This document shows positions 1-10,972 of a stretch of DNA of 64,000 nucleotides, one piece after another. The notes beneath the pieces are model-generated. The model saw only the letters and a program-made list of their open reading frames with translations, did not search any database and was not told the DNA's origin. Source of the DNA: Candidatus Omnitrophota bacterium. GTDB taxonomy: Bacteria; Omnitrophota; Gorgyraeia; Zapsychrales; Fredricksoniimonadaceae. Each line of letters starts with the position of its first letter. The stretch's first letter is position 1. The stretch is taken from positions 45,933-109,932 of the forward strand of contig CAJARJ010000018.1 of assembly GCA_903944345.1 (NCBI GenBank). The letters run 5' to 3'. A program made the position numbers and the translations under genes.

Positions 1-461
1 CAACCAGCCTCTTCGGCAATCTGATGAAACTTCTTGGCATTCTGCGGGATACAACTTACAACGGCAGGAACTTTATGCTTCTTGATTTCTTCAATACGCT
101 TGGCAATCAGACTTTCCTTGACCGGCTTAGTGTAAAGACTCTGAATAAGCTTAGTGGCCTCATCCGGTGCCGATTCAGCAATCTGATCAAGAATTTCGTC
201 AGGATTTTCGTAGCGAGTCTGGACGCCATCCAGATTGATGGAAGCAATTCCGCCCATTTTCCCCATCTCGACGGCAAAACGAACATTGACAACCCCGTCC
301 ATAGAGGCCGCCAGAACGGGAATATCAAACTTCATTTTCCCGATCGACCAGGAAACATCCACTTCATTGGGATTAATGGTTTTATCCCCAGGGACAAGGG
401 CCACCTCATCAAAACCATAACAACGGCGTGCCCTGCGGTTGATGCCAATCCAATCGGCCAT
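1..461 (-). CDS. IMP dehydrogenase/GMP reductase family protein, N-terminal part (continues past the window edge)
   Basis: Reverse-strand translation from the ATG at 461 reads MADWIGINRRARRCYGFDEVALVPGDKTINPNEVDVSWSIGKMKFDIPVLAASMDGVV..., i.e. the FDEVALVP and AASMDG motifs of the IMPDH family. The listed + strand ORF 24..509 is its antisense shadow. Confidence 0.6.
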   Translation of the reverse strand, partial: MADWIGINRRARRCYGFDEVALVPGDKTINPNEVDVSWSIGKMKFDIPVLAASMDGVVNVRFAVEMGKMGGIASINLDGVQTRYENPDEILDQIAESAPDEATKLIQSLYTKPVKESLIAKRIEEIKKHKVPAVVSCIPQNAKKFHQIAEEAG

Positions 462-569
462 ATACGCAACCTCCAATATATCAATAAGTTACAACAAAAT
501 TACGCTTGAAGTCCGGGAATAGATAGATAAACACGTTTCTATATCATATTAAAACAGGCCAAAAAGTCA

Positions 570-615
570 ACAGGAAAGAAAATCCCCCGGAAAAGAGTTG
601 CTTCTTTCCCGGGGG
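570..615 (-). terminator. Rho-independent terminator downstream of groEL
   Basis: GC-rich inverted repeat TCCCCCGG(583-590)...CCGGGGGA(608-615), followed on the minus strand by TTTTCTTTCC, 30 nt after the groEL stop. Confidence 0.5.
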
Positions 616-645
616 ATCAACTTAATGAAGACTGCCAGGCTCTGA

Positions 646-2310
<1,665 letters not shown>

Positions 2311-2360
2311 TTAGATTGTTTGCCCGGAGATACAGACCTGTCCGCACCCCCGGTTAACTC

Positions 2361-2651
2361 TTACTTGACGATCGCCAGAATTTCCTCTTCACGAATAATC
2401 AGGACAGGATTACCTTCCTTGTCCTTGATCTCTGTTCCGCTGTACTTGCCGTAAAGCACAACATCGCCGACCTTGACTTCCAGCGGCTGAAGCTGACCGT
2501 TGTCAGATATTTTGCCTTTGCCGACAGCAAGGATTTTACCTTCCTGAGGCTTCTCTTTTGCTGTGTCGGGAAGAACAATTCCGCCCTTGGTTACTTCTTC
2601 AGCATTAAGGGGCTGAACCACGACCCTGTCCGCTAATGGTTGAAGTTGCAC
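2361..2651 (-). CDS. groES: Co-chaperonin GroES (10 kDa); GTG start
   Basis: 96 aa sitting 62 nt upstream of groEL. Typical GroES sequence ([10 protein letters not shown]...GKILAVGKG...[14 protein letters not shown]). AGGAGG lies 7 nt upstream of the GTG. Confidence 0.95.
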   Translation of the reverse strand: MQLQPLADRVVVQPLNAEEVTKGGIVLPDTAKEKPQEGKILAVGKGKISDNGQLQPLEVKVGDVVLYGKYSGTEIKDKEGNPVLIIREEEILAIVK

Positions 2652-2700
2652 TGAACACCTCCTGTTTAATTTTGTTGAACGAATATTCTTAAACTTGCTT

Positions 2701-2727
2701 TTAGCAGTTATCTACCTAGAGTGCTAA
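2701..2727 (-). promoter_or_regulatory. CIRCE operator (HrcA binding site) of groESL
   Basis: TTAGCAGTT-ATCTACCTA-GAGTGCTAA is a perfect 9-N9-9 match to the CIRCE consensus TTAGCACTC-N9-GAGTGCTAA. It lies just downstream of a minus-strand sigma70-like promoter (-35 TTGACA, rc of 2747-2752; -10 TATTTT, rc of 2726-2731). Confidence 0.85.
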
Positions 2728-2811
2728 AATAGCCCAAAAAAATCTTTTGTCAAGACAAAATTTTGGGAATTTTGCGGAAGAACAGAAAACAGCGACGGAA
2801 GGGAAAAACCG

Positions 2812-3315
2812 TTATTCGAGAATTTCGCTGTATTTCCTGAGCAGTCCATGTTCAACAGCACGAACATTTCCGTCGGCGCCAATATAATAAAGTGCTGGCA
2901 CACCGTAAACCAGATACTGCTCGGAGACGCTACCCTCTACATCCAGCAGAATAGTATAATCCGGGCGCTGAGCGGAGAAAAATTTTTCAACCCGGTCTTT
3001 CTGTTCTCCAATATCAATCAAAATAACCTCAATGCCTTCTTTGGAAAACTGCTCTTTGCTGGTTTGTATAGCAACCATCTGTTCGCGGCAATGCGGGCAC
3101 CAGGTCGCCCAAAAAAACAGAATAGCCTTTTTACCCTTGATCTGCTCAAGCAAGGAAACGTTCTCCCCCTGAAGTGATGTCAAAGTAAAGTCCGCAGCCG
3201 GCCGGCCAACCAAAGGGTGATCAAATGGCCCCTGGGCACGCACACACCCGGCTCCCGGAAGCAGAAAAGAAAAAAACAGCAACAACCCTAGCCACGCTCT
3301 CAAGGAAATTTTCAT
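2812..3315 (-). CDS. TlpA/ResA-family periplasmic thiol:disulfide oxidoreductase (redoxin)
   Basis: WATWCPHC thioredoxin-fold active site. Start refined to the Met at 3315 (MKISLRAWLGLLLFFSFLLPGAGC signal peptide); this removes the overlap with ccdA. The ORF track extends to 3441. Confidence 0.75.
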   Translation of the reverse strand: MKISLRAWLGLLLFFSFLLPGAGCVRAQGPFDHPLVGRPAADFTLTSLQGENVSLLEQIKGKKAILFFWATWCPHCREQMVAIQTSKEQFSKEGIEVILIDIGEQKDRVEKFFSAQRPDYTILLDVEGSVSEQYLVYGVPALYYIGADGNVRAVEHGLLRKYSEILE

Positions 3316-3350
3316 AAGAACCCTTTCTATAAACCCGGGTTGAACCCCGG

Positions 3351-4028
3351 TCAAAAGAATAATTGTCCCGCTCGCAAGAAGAACCATTCTGCCAGACCCA
3401 GCAACAAAAATGCCAGCCATTTCCTGACTCGAACCATCCAAAGTCCGGACTTGGGCAGACTGGCCAGAAAGCCGCTGAATGTTCCGGCCAGAAGAAGCGA
3501 TGCTCCCATCCCGAGCGCAAAAACAAACAACAAAGAAACGCTAAAAAAGATATTCTCCCGGGAAGCCGTCAACACAAGCAAAGAACCCAGCACCGGAGCC
3601 GTACAGGGGCTCAAAATAAACCCGGAAACAAAACCCATGACAAACAAGGGCCAGAGGCCACGCCCGCGTATATCCCTGCCCCCCATAGCAAATGACGGCA
3701 AGGGCAACACATCAAACATGACCAGCGCAAAGAGCACCAGCAAATTCCCGGCGATAAATGGCGGCCAGAACGTATTCTGCAAACGACCGAACATCTGTCC
3801 GGAAATTGCGGCGAAAACAGCCAACAAACTGTAGGAACACGCCATCCCCAGCACATAAACCAAAGACAGAAAAAAACCTCTCAGCCGGGAACGGGAAACA
3901 TTGGCTCCAGCCACTATGGCGACCAGAACAGGAAGAACCGGATACACACACGGAGTAAAACTGACCAGAACCCCGGCAAAGAAAACTATCCCATAATCCA
4001 GCCATCCTCCCGTCAAAGGCATGATCAC
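3351..4028 (-). CDS. ccdA: Cytochrome c-type biogenesis protein CcdA (DsbD-like transmembrane electron transporter)
   Basis: Six-TM protein with the conserved CcdA Cys motifs (FTPCVYPVLP and SPCTAPVLG). Confidence 0.8.
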   Translation of the reverse strand: MIMPLTGGWLDYGIVFFAGVLVSFTPCVYPVLPVLVAIVAGANVSRSRLRGFFLSLVYVLGMACSYSLLAVFAAISGQMFGRLQNTFWPPFIAGNLLVLFALVMFDVLPLPSFAMGGRDIRGRGLWPLFVMGFVSGFILSPCTAPVLGSLLVLTASRENIFFSVSLLFVFALGMGASLLLAGTFSGFLASLPKSGLWMVRVRKWLAFLLLGLAEWFFLRAGQLFF

Positions 4029-4519
4029 TCCACCGCAACAATCGTCACGTCAAACCTGAGATCTTTACCTGCAAGAGGATGATTGAAATCCAGTTTGACT
4101 GTTTTATCCATTACTTCGACAATCGTACAGGGAAAACCGTTACCCTGCGGATCCTGCATTTCAAGAATAATTCCCGGTTCAGGAACCAGGTCCTGCGGCA
4201 ACCTGGAACGTTCAAACTCGCGCACCAGCTGGGGATTAATCTGACCATACCCCTCGACAGCCAGGACATCCACAGACTTTTTTTCATTAACCTTCATCCC
4301 CTCAAGCCCTTTTTCGAGACCGGGAATTAACATCCCCTGCCCCTGCGTGTATTCAAGCGGCTGCTTGCCCTCTGTTGACTCGACCACCTGACCATCGACA
4401 ATCAACGTATACTCCAGCTTGACTTTCCGATCCTTGGCAATCGAAATCTCCTGTGCCTGAAGTGACGCGGCATTTGCTCCCAAAGCCAACACCATAATAA
4501 CTGCAGCCATCATCCTCAT
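4025..4519 (-). CDS. FKBP-type peptidyl-prolyl cis-trans isomerase (SlyD/FkpA-like), secreted
   Basis: FKBP domain motifs (EYTLIVDGQVVEST, GLEKGLEGMKVNEKK) with a PPIase-IF-like insertion. Start refined to ATG 4519 (MRMMAAVIMVLALGANAASLQAQ signal peptide), preceded by a GAGGGGGAAGG RBS. Confidence 0.8.
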   Translation of the reverse strand: MRMMAAVIMVLALGANAASLQAQEISIAKDRKVKLEYTLIVDGQVVESTEGKQPLEYTQGQGMLIPGLEKGLEGMKVNEKKSVDVLAVEGYGQINPQLVREFERSRLPQDLVPEPGIILEMQDPQGNGFPCTIVEVMDKTVKLDFNHPLAGKDLRFDVTIVAVE

Positions 4520-4646
4520 GCCTTCCCCCTCGTAGTTATTATTAAAAACGCCGCCCGCCATTTTTTGCGGACAGCACTGCTTGTTTTCCAAACAAACAGC
4601 ATACCAACCCGAAACCATCACCTTGTCGCTTCCCGTCCATACCGCA

Positions 4647-6188
4647 CTACGGCGTAGCGGAAACCGCGGGCCTGACCCGATAACCCAGAATTTCCCCGCT
4701 CACATCACTAAAAAGCACCGACAAAGGCAAAGCGTTGCGCAAAGCGATCCATTCGCCGTGTTCGTTCCCGCTCGTCCCAAAAATCACCGCAACAGCTCGG
4801 CGGGAAAGAAAATCTTCCCGGACATGCTCCATTGGCGACAAATAAGAAATATCTTCTCCAGGAGAAGGGATTTTGATGGCTGATCGACCGGCAAAATAAT
4901 AAAAACGGGAAATGTCATTCGTATAGACAGGCACATTATCCGCCAGCGAACGGACTGTTTCCGCTATTCCGGTTTTAGCATTTGCGGATACACTCTTTCG
5001 GTATTGCCCTCGCAGCATATCCTTAACCAGGCTGGCTGTACGCAAAAAACCTACCGCCAGCAAAACAACCACAAACAGCGCGCTAAAACCGCGCAGTCGC
5101 TTCCCCGAACTTTTCAGCTGCTGATGATCCAGCAGAAGCGGGGCAACAATCATCAAAAGCACGCAAACCGGAAGAACTTCTTTCCAAGTGACCAGAAACT
5201 TCTCGTCCCAGAAAAGCCCAGCCGCAAACAACCCCATCAGATATAAAAGAGAAAAAACACCAAAAACCTGTCCGGCCGCAAAAAAGCGCGGATTTTCAAC
5301 TCTGATCAACTCAATAGCCCGGGGACGCAGAAACATATACCCCAAAAAGGCAAGAAAAACTCCCAAAACAACCCAACGCAACGGCCAGGGCACAAACGCC
5401 GGCAGCAAATAAACCGAAAGGGCGTCGGGAATATTCGCCAGCTTATCCAGTGACAACGGATACACGGACATCTGCCTGCCTGCAATACCTCCGTCTATTA
5501 AACAGCAACGGACAAACCAGAAAAACGGGAGCAGAGAAGATACCATAAAATAAAGCAAGCCGTAATAAAATTTCTCCCGTCTCAAGCCAAGCACCAGCAA
5601 AGCGGAAAAAATCAGTAAAACACCGGCATAAGAGGTCAACGCCGCCAAAGCGGCCAAAGCGGCCGCTGCCAGAAGATGCCACGTCGTTCTTGTCGAACAA
5701 TACGACGTTAGCATCCACAAAGAAGACAGCGTAAAAGCCAGAAACAGCGGCTGGGCAAGAATGCTCATGTGAGCTTCAGCCATACAAACCGAAAGTAGTG
5801 CCAAAAGCCCCGTAAGCAATGCCGAACGACGACGTCCAGTCAGATAAAAAGCCGCCATTGTCATCAAAAAAACATTCCCGGCCCATAGCAAAGCGTTAAA
5901 GCGCAAACCCCAGGTCGGAAAATCCATACCAAAAAAATTTCCGAACGAAAGAAAAAACGGATACAAAGGAGGTTGCGCCGTCATCCCCTCCAGACTGCCC
6001 GCAGAGGAAAAAAGGGAAAACCCATGCCCGCGAACAAGATTCCTGGCCACCTGAAGATAATCCAGCGAAACCTCGGCAAGGCCAGGCCCCGAAGTCGATC
6101 CGGCAACCAAGGCGACAATAAACGCCGTAAAAGCAATCCAGGCCGCCATCCAGATTGAACGATTACCTTCATTCTTCATATTTTTCAT
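4647..6188 (-). CDS. Polytopic membrane glycosyltransferase, GT39/GT83 (ArnT/PMT-like) family
   Basis: 513 aa with about 11 predicted TM helices. N-terminal DYLQVARNLVRGHGFS-type motif and periplasmic loop are typical of ArnT/PMT-like undecaprenyl- or dolichyl-phosphate-sugar transferases. Family assignment is by resemblance only. Confidence 0.5.
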   Translation of the reverse strand: MKNMKNEGNRSIWMAAWIAFTAFIVALVAGSTSGPGLAEVSLDYLQVARNLVRGHGFSLFSSAGSLEGMTAQPPLYPFFLSFGNFFGMDFPTWGLRFNALLWAGNVFLMTMAAFYLTGRRRSALLTGLLALLSVCMAEAHMSILAQPLFLAFTLSSLWMLTSYCSTRTTWHLLAAAALAALAALTSYAGVLLIFSALLVLGLRREKFYYGLLYFMVSSLLPFFWFVRCCLIDGGIAGRQMSVYPLSLDKLANIPDALSVYLLPAFVPWPLRWVVLGVFLAFLGYMFLRPRAIELIRVENPRFFAAGQVFGVFSLLYLMGLFAAGLFWDEKFLVTWKEVLPVCVLLMIVAPLLLDHQQLKSSGKRLRGFSALFVVVLLAVGFLRTASLVKDMLRGQYRKSVSANAKTGIAETVRSLADNVPVYTNDISRFYYFAGRSAIKIPSPGEDISYLSPMEHVREDFLSRRAVAVIFGTSGNEHGEWIALRNALPLSVLFSDVSGEILGYRVRPAVSATP

Positions 6189-7413
6189 AAGCCACCGCCA
6201 TCAAAAGGTTAATCAATTCCTCGTTAAGCTTCCTCATATTGTACTGCCGCTCAATAATTTCCCTGGCCTGCGCAGCCACCGTCTGGGCCAGCGCAGGATT
6301 CTGCCAGACCAAACGCAGTCCATCGCGCAACGCCAGAGGATCTGACGAATTGACAAGAAAACCGGTTTTGCGATCTTCCACCAGCTCACGGATCCCTCCG
6401 CTGCGGGTCGTCACAACAGGAACTCCACTGGCCATGGCTTCCATCAAAACAACAGGAATGCCATCCTCATCGTCATTGAGCGACAACAGCCCAGGGGCCA
6501 GGAATAAATCCGCATCTTTCAGATAACGATGGATAGATCCTGAATCCTGCCAACCGGCAAAACGCACACAATCAAGAATCTTTTCACGACCGGCCAACAC
6601 TCTTAACTGATCACGCAAAGGACCATCTCCAATAATGGTATACTCGCAAACGATTCCGTCACGAACAAGTTTTCCTACCGCCTCCAAAGCACAGGCAATT
6701 CCTTTTTTTTCTACCAGACAGGCAACCGATAAAATTCGCAATGGCACCGTACCAAAACGTTTACGTGTTGCGCCTCCAAAACAGGAAAGATCAACACCAG
6801 CCCGATGGACTCGAATTTTCTTCGCAGGACAGCCAGACTCCAGAAGCCGCTCCTCGGAAAAACGACTTGCCGGCAAAAAAAGGCTCACCCGCGAAAAAAT
6901 TTTGGAGGAAACCTTTAGAACCTTGCCGTCCCCCCCTAAGGGAATATCATCACCACGCAAGGCTGATACCAACCGCCCGGTTATAGCCCCGATTTCCTTC
7001 ATCTGAATAACAGTCAACATATCCTGCCAGGAATGACAATAGACAATATCATGATCCCTGATCGCAAGAAACGACTGCATCCGAAAAAAAAGACGCAAAG
7101 ATAAAGCTTCCTGCCCGTAACGCCGGATATTCAACGACCTGAGAGCTGGAACAGGCGCTTGCAGCAATGTTACCAAAAAAAGAACCAGAAAACGCAAAAT
7201 CCGCGCTAACCAGAATTTCGGCATCTCGTTAAAGAAACGGACATGCGAAAGCAACCCGGAACGAATGACATCCTCATGTACAATCAGATCAGAGGATCGC
7301 GCACCGGCATAAATTCTTAAATAATGCCCTTGATCCAGCAAACCAGTAATTTGATTCAGAATAAATGTTTCCGATAAGGATGGAAACGTTCCGACAACAA
7401 AACAAATCTTCAT
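6169..7413 (-). CDS. Glycosyltransferase family 4 (GT-B fold)
   Basis: C-terminal EAMASGVPVVTTRSGGIRELVED motif (the GT4 E-X7-E region). Start refined to ATG 7413 (MKICFVVGTFP...). Confidence 0.8.
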   Translation of the reverse strand: MKICFVVGTFPSLSETFILNQITGLLDQGHYLRIYAGARSSDLIVHEDVIRSGLLSHVRFFNEMPKFWLARILRFLVLFLVTLLQAPVPALRSLNIRRYGQEALSLRLFFRMQSFLAIRDHDIVYCHSWQDMLTVIQMKEIGAITGRLVSALRGDDIPLGGDGKVLKVSSKIFSRVSLFLPASRFSEERLLESGCPAKKIRVHRAGVDLSCFGGATRKRFGTVPLRILSVACLVEKKGIACALEAVGKLVRDGIVCEYTIIGDGPLRDQLRVLAGREKILDCVRFAGWQDSGSIHRYLKDADLFLAPGLLSLNDDEDGIPVVLMEAMASGVPVVTTRSGGIRELVEDRKTGFLVNSSDPLALRDGLRLVWQNPALAQTVAAQAREIIERQYNMRKLNEELINLLMAVAYEKYEE

Positions 7414-7462
7414 ATTTTTTGCGACCCGCTGTTGGCACCCAACCTTGTGAGGAGACAGCAAT

Positions 7463-8431
7463 CTATTTTGAAACAACCCCCTCACAGGCTCTAAGCCGCT
7501 CTGCTGTTTCATTCTTCAAAGCAGCAATAATACTCTCATATTGCTTCTTCAAAGCCGCAGATTTGCGCTCAGCCCGGATGGATGACTTGACTGCCAATCG
7601 CATAACCCCTTGAGCTTCAGCAACTTTATTCCGAGCAGATTCTTCGATGTCCCTGATTCTTGGCGGTCTTGGATCGTTGACGACTTTCTTTTGGCTTACG
7701 GTAAGCTTTTGATTTGTTTGTTTGAGTTCCTGCGTTAAAGTCGCCAGCCGGTCTTCCAAGGGCTTGGAGGCAGCGCGAACCTTTTCATTAACCAATGTCT
7801 GCTCCGCATTCAACCGTGCTTGTAAATCCAGCACTTTCTTGTCGTAACCCTCCCGCTCCCTGGCCAGGCGTTGATCGCAACGCGAAGACGCGCCACGCGA
7901 TTCTTCAGTAAGCCTCGCCAAAGCCTTCTGCAAAGCTTCCTTCTCTTCACGAAACTTCTTGAACTCAAGCTGTAACTGCCCGCTTTCCCTGCGCACGGCC
8001 TCAAGGCGAGACTCTTTTTGTTCCAGCATCAAAGTCTGCACTTCTGTTTTACGAGTATAATCAGCCAGTTTACGCTGCCAGAGAATGTTGTTCTGTGAAA
8101 GAGACTGCTCCGATTCCTGGCGCTGCGAAGCAAGAGCTTTTTGCAAATCCGCGACCTTTAGCTGCAAATGCAGCTTTTCCTGTGAAAGAGCCTGTTCACG
8201 CGCAAGAGCTTGCTCTTTCTCGACCAATAAAGCCTTCATCTCCAAATCCTTGTCGGCAATCTGAACCTGGACTTTCCTGAATTCTTCCTGCAAAAAAAAC
8301 AACTCATCCTGCAAAAGAAATTCGGCATCCCCGGAAGCATAAACCATTCCGGAAGACCCCGCTATCAGGCCGACAGAAAGAACCAGTCTTAACAAAAAGC
8401 AGCCATTTTTCATATATTTCTTCTGATACAC
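7463..8431 (-). CDS. Secreted coiled-coil protein of unknown function
   Basis: Signal peptide (LLRLVLSVGLIAGSSGMVYASG), followed by about 280 aa of Q/E/L/K/R-rich heptad-like sequence. Confidence 0.5.
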   Translation of the reverse strand: MYQKKYMKNGCFLLRLVLSVGLIAGSSGMVYASGDAEFLLQDELFFLQEEFRKVQVQIADKDLEMKALLVEKEQALAREQALSQEKLHLQLKVADLQKALASQRQESEQSLSQNNILWQRKLADYTRKTEVQTLMLEQKESRLEAVRRESGQLQLEFKKFREEKEALQKALARLTEESRGASSRCDQRLAREREGYDKKVLDLQARLNAEQTLVNEKVRAASKPLEDRLATLTQELKQTNQKLTVSQKKVVNDPRPPRIRDIEESARNKVAEAQGVMRLAVKSSIRAERKSAALKKQYESIIAALKNETAERLRACEGVVSK

Positions 8432-8524
8432 AGCAAACTTGTCTACCCCGGGTTTGCTTCATGATACCGCTTGTAACGACGCGAGGCAACGTGAAACTGA
8501 TATAATAATTAACCCTAATCTGCT

Positions 8525-9502
8525 TCAGGGTGCCAAAAAGAAAGCATCAGTTCCCCGGGAAAGAACCGGGGTTGTCGCCAGGAGAACCAGCTGCAACCGA
8601 GCCCAACGATCCTGCGGATGCACAGCGATGCGCTCACGCAAGGTTTGTGCCGCCCGTTCACTGCGCTCCTGATAAAGCCCATTGGGGATATCGGCTTTTT
8701 TGTCCCAACCATAATAAAATCCCTGATACAATAAGCGCCAAAAGACAAATATTTCAACCAGCAACGGTGAATAGACACCCTCTTCAATAAATGTCCCGAG
8801 CCAATCAATACATTCCCGCTCGATTTCACGAGTACTGGAGCCTCCCCGGTCTTTGAGAACAGAACGCACAAGGCGCAAAAGCACGCTACCCCGCCAGTCC
8901 AGACCTTGCGAACTGCCCAGCAACTCCTTCAGCACAACGCACGACTCCTCGTACTTCTTTTCTTCCAAAAGAGCAGCTCCTTTAAGAAATTCCACCCGCG
9001 GCCGACCTTCGGGAAACAGCCGCAACTCCTCGTCCCAGGGATCAATGTTGTTCTCCTGACGAAAGAAAGACTCCCCGGTTGTCAAGGCATCCAGCACCTT
9101 CTCCCGGAGCGCTGTCCTCTTTATTTGCAAGAGCCCCTCGTAAACTCCCATATGCTCCGGAAATCCTTCACGAAACTTACGCGTATAAGCGGCCAGAGCT
9201 TCAATGTAAACAATAAGATCCCGGCGAATTCCGGCGAATTCATCCGTAAGATGAAGGCTCGCCGCCTCTGCCCTGATATGGCCAAGCTGTCCGAGCGCTT
9301 TCTGCGTTTCATCCTCCCAGAAGCCCGTGGAGCCTTGACGATAACGTGCGAACCTTTCCATATCCGTCCGCACAGCTTCTATCCGATTGACATAAAAACA
9401 CAGCGTGATCAAAGGATTTTCCGGCTCTGCCTGATTCACAGCGAAAGCAGATAAAGGGAAAACACACAATGCGATAAAGAAAAAGGAAATAAAACGCATC
9501 AT
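8525..9502 (-). CDS. Hypothetical secreted protein
   Basis: 325 aa with an N-terminal signal peptide (MMRFISFFFIALCVFPLSAFA). No recognisable catalytic motifs. Confidence 0.45.
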   Translation of the reverse strand: MMRFISFFFIALCVFPLSAFAVNQAEPENPLITLCFYVNRIEAVRTDMERFARYRQGSTGFWEDETQKALGQLGHIRAEAASLHLTDEFAGIRRDLIVYIEALAAYTRKFREGFPEHMGVYEGLLQIKRTALREKVLDALTTGESFFRQENNIDPWDEELRLFPEGRPRVEFLKGAALLEEKKYEESCVVLKELLGSSQGLDWRGSVLLRLVRSVLKDRGGSSTREIERECIDWLGTFIEEGVYSPLLVEIFVFWRLLYQGFYYGWDKKADIPNGLYQERSERAAQTLRERIAVHPQDRWARLQLVLLATTPVLSRGTDAFFLAP

Positions 9503-10059
9503 ATTCCAAGATGTTCAATTAAAACCCGAATCCCAAGCCCCAGCAGAATAAGACCGCCCAGAAACTCGGCCTGACGTCCCAAGCGGCAGGAACACCATTG
9601 ACCAATAAAAACGCCGGTGAATGCCACCCAAAACGTCACCGCCCCGATCACCGCAACCGCCACCCACAGCGGATAATCCATAAAAACCAGGCTAATCCCG
9701 GCTGCGAAAGCATCGACGGAAGTCGCCAGCGATAAAACCAGAAGCCTGCGGCGAGTCATGGGTTCGTTACGGCCATCGCAATCTTTTTCGAACGATTCAT
9801 AAAGCATTTTTGCCCCAACCAAAGCCAGAAGAGAAAAAACAATCCAGTGGTCATACGCTTCAATCAAATCCCGGCAAGTGTCAGCAAGAAGTCCACCGGC
9901 CAGCGGCATCATCATCTGAAAGAAAGCGAAACTGGCACCAATTCTCAAGGCATGTCCAACCCGACCGGAACGCAAGGAACTTCCGGCTCCCACAGATACG
10001 GCCAAAGTGTCCATTGATAAACCCAAGGCTACCAAAACAAGCATCCACAAAGAAATCAC
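9499..10059 (-). CDS. mntP: Manganese efflux pump MntP family
   Basis: 186-aa six-TM protein with MntP/DUF204 repeat motifs (LGLSMDTLAVSVGAG ... SLATSVDAFAAGISL). Confidence 0.8.
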   Translation of the reverse strand: MISLWMLVLVALGLSMDTLAVSVGAGSSLRSGRVGHALRIGASFAFFQMMMPLAGGLLADTCRDLIEAYDHWIVFSLLALVGAKMLYESFEKDCDGRNEPMTRRRLLVLSLATSVDAFAAGISLVFMDYPLWVAVAVIGAVTFWVAFTGVFIGQWCSCRLGRQAEFLGGLILLGLGIRVLIEHLGI

Positions 10060-10169
10060 AATTCCCCTTCCGCGATCAAAGTTTTTATACCAAACAATAC
10101 CGTATCAAGCAGAAAGGGGAACGGTTTTATCCATTCCCCTTTCTGTGCAGGCTGTCAACAACAACAGTC

Positions 10170-10412
10170 TTACATATCCATACGACGGGACGGCTTGGTG
10201 TCAGCCGGCGGGTTCAGACGGACAACATTCACGGCTTTAGGTCCGCGAGTATCTTCCTGAACCTCGAACTCCACCTCTTCTCCGTCAACAAGGTACTTAT
10301 ATCCGTCACCGGTGATACCGCTGTAATGGACATAAACGTCCTTACCGTCGGTCATCGTCACGAAACCATACCCCTTTTTCCTGTCGAACCACTTGACTTT
10401 ACCTGTTTGCAT
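10170..10412 (-). CDS. Cold-shock domain protein (CspA family) with a short C-terminal extension
   Basis: MQTGKVKWFDRKKGYGFVT...DVYVHYSGI carries the RNP1/RNP2 cold-shock motifs. Start taken at ATG 10412. Confidence 0.85.
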   Translation of the reverse strand: MQTGKVKWFDRKKGYGFVTMTDGKDVYVHYSGITGDGYKYLVDGEEVEFEVQEDTRGPKAVNVVRLNPPADTKPSRRMDM

Positions 10413-10497
10413 ATGCTTCTCTTTCTTTGATACGTTGATACGGTCCTGCAACCTCTGCCTATCAGAGGATCGATCCGGTGTTATTCACGCAAAGCAT

Positions 10498-10854
10498 TTA
10501 TTCAGCTGCCTCAGCCGCGACAGGGACTTCGGTTCCTTTTTCTTCCTTAACTAAGGTAGAAATCGAACGCTTGCCATCCTTCTCGACGTAATCAATGACA
10601 ATATCATCATTAACAGCCAGATCGGTCAGCGCATTAATATTGCCGAACTCGGTCTCGGCAGTAACGGCATACACAACATTGACATCCGCATCATTGGCAA
10701 AATCGTATTCCTTGATCGTAACCTGGCCCTCTGCGATAGCCACAACTGTACCAAAAGAAAACTTGTCGTTGTCATCTTCCTGAGCACGGGATATATTAAC
10801 ATTGACCAGCACAAAACTCAAAAACAAAAACATAACTGCCATCAATTTCCTCAT
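10498..10854 (-). CDS. Small acidic secreted protein of unknown function
   Basis: Signal peptide (MRKLMAVMFLFLSFVLVNVNISRAQE) followed by a D/E-rich 95-aa domain. An alternative start at 10881 is possible. Confidence 0.45.
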   Translation of the reverse strand: MRKLMAVMFLFLSFVLVNVNISRAQEDDNDKFSFGTVVAIAEGQVTIKEYDFANDADVNVVYAVTAETEFGNINALTDLAVNDDIVIDYVEKDGKRSISTLVKEEKGTEVPVAAEAAE

Positions 10855-10972
10855 AACACACCCTTTCTTGAGGGGAAACATGATTGTTTCTCGCCCCTTG
10901 TTGTTTAACAAATTCATGACTTACTGCTTTGAATTATATCATTACAGGGATGAAAGCAAGATGAAAGAAAAA

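Noticed and set aside
24-509. Plus-strand 161-aa ORF at the window start
   Set aside because: It is the antisense shadow of a clearly recognisable IMPDH-family N-terminus on the minus strand (MADWIGINRRARRCYGFDEVALVPG...). It has low-complexity composition and no RBS.
9221-9242. Tandem duplication of the 10-mer CCGGCGAATT
   Set aside because: Only two copies, lying inside the coding sequence of the 8525..9502 protein. Too short to call a repeat element or CRISPR.
10090-10125. 9-bp stem hairpin (GAAAGGGGA...TCCCCTTTC) between mntP and the csp gene
   Set aside because: No adjacent U-tract on either strand, so it is not a convincing intrinsic terminator. The 14-nt loop is atypical.
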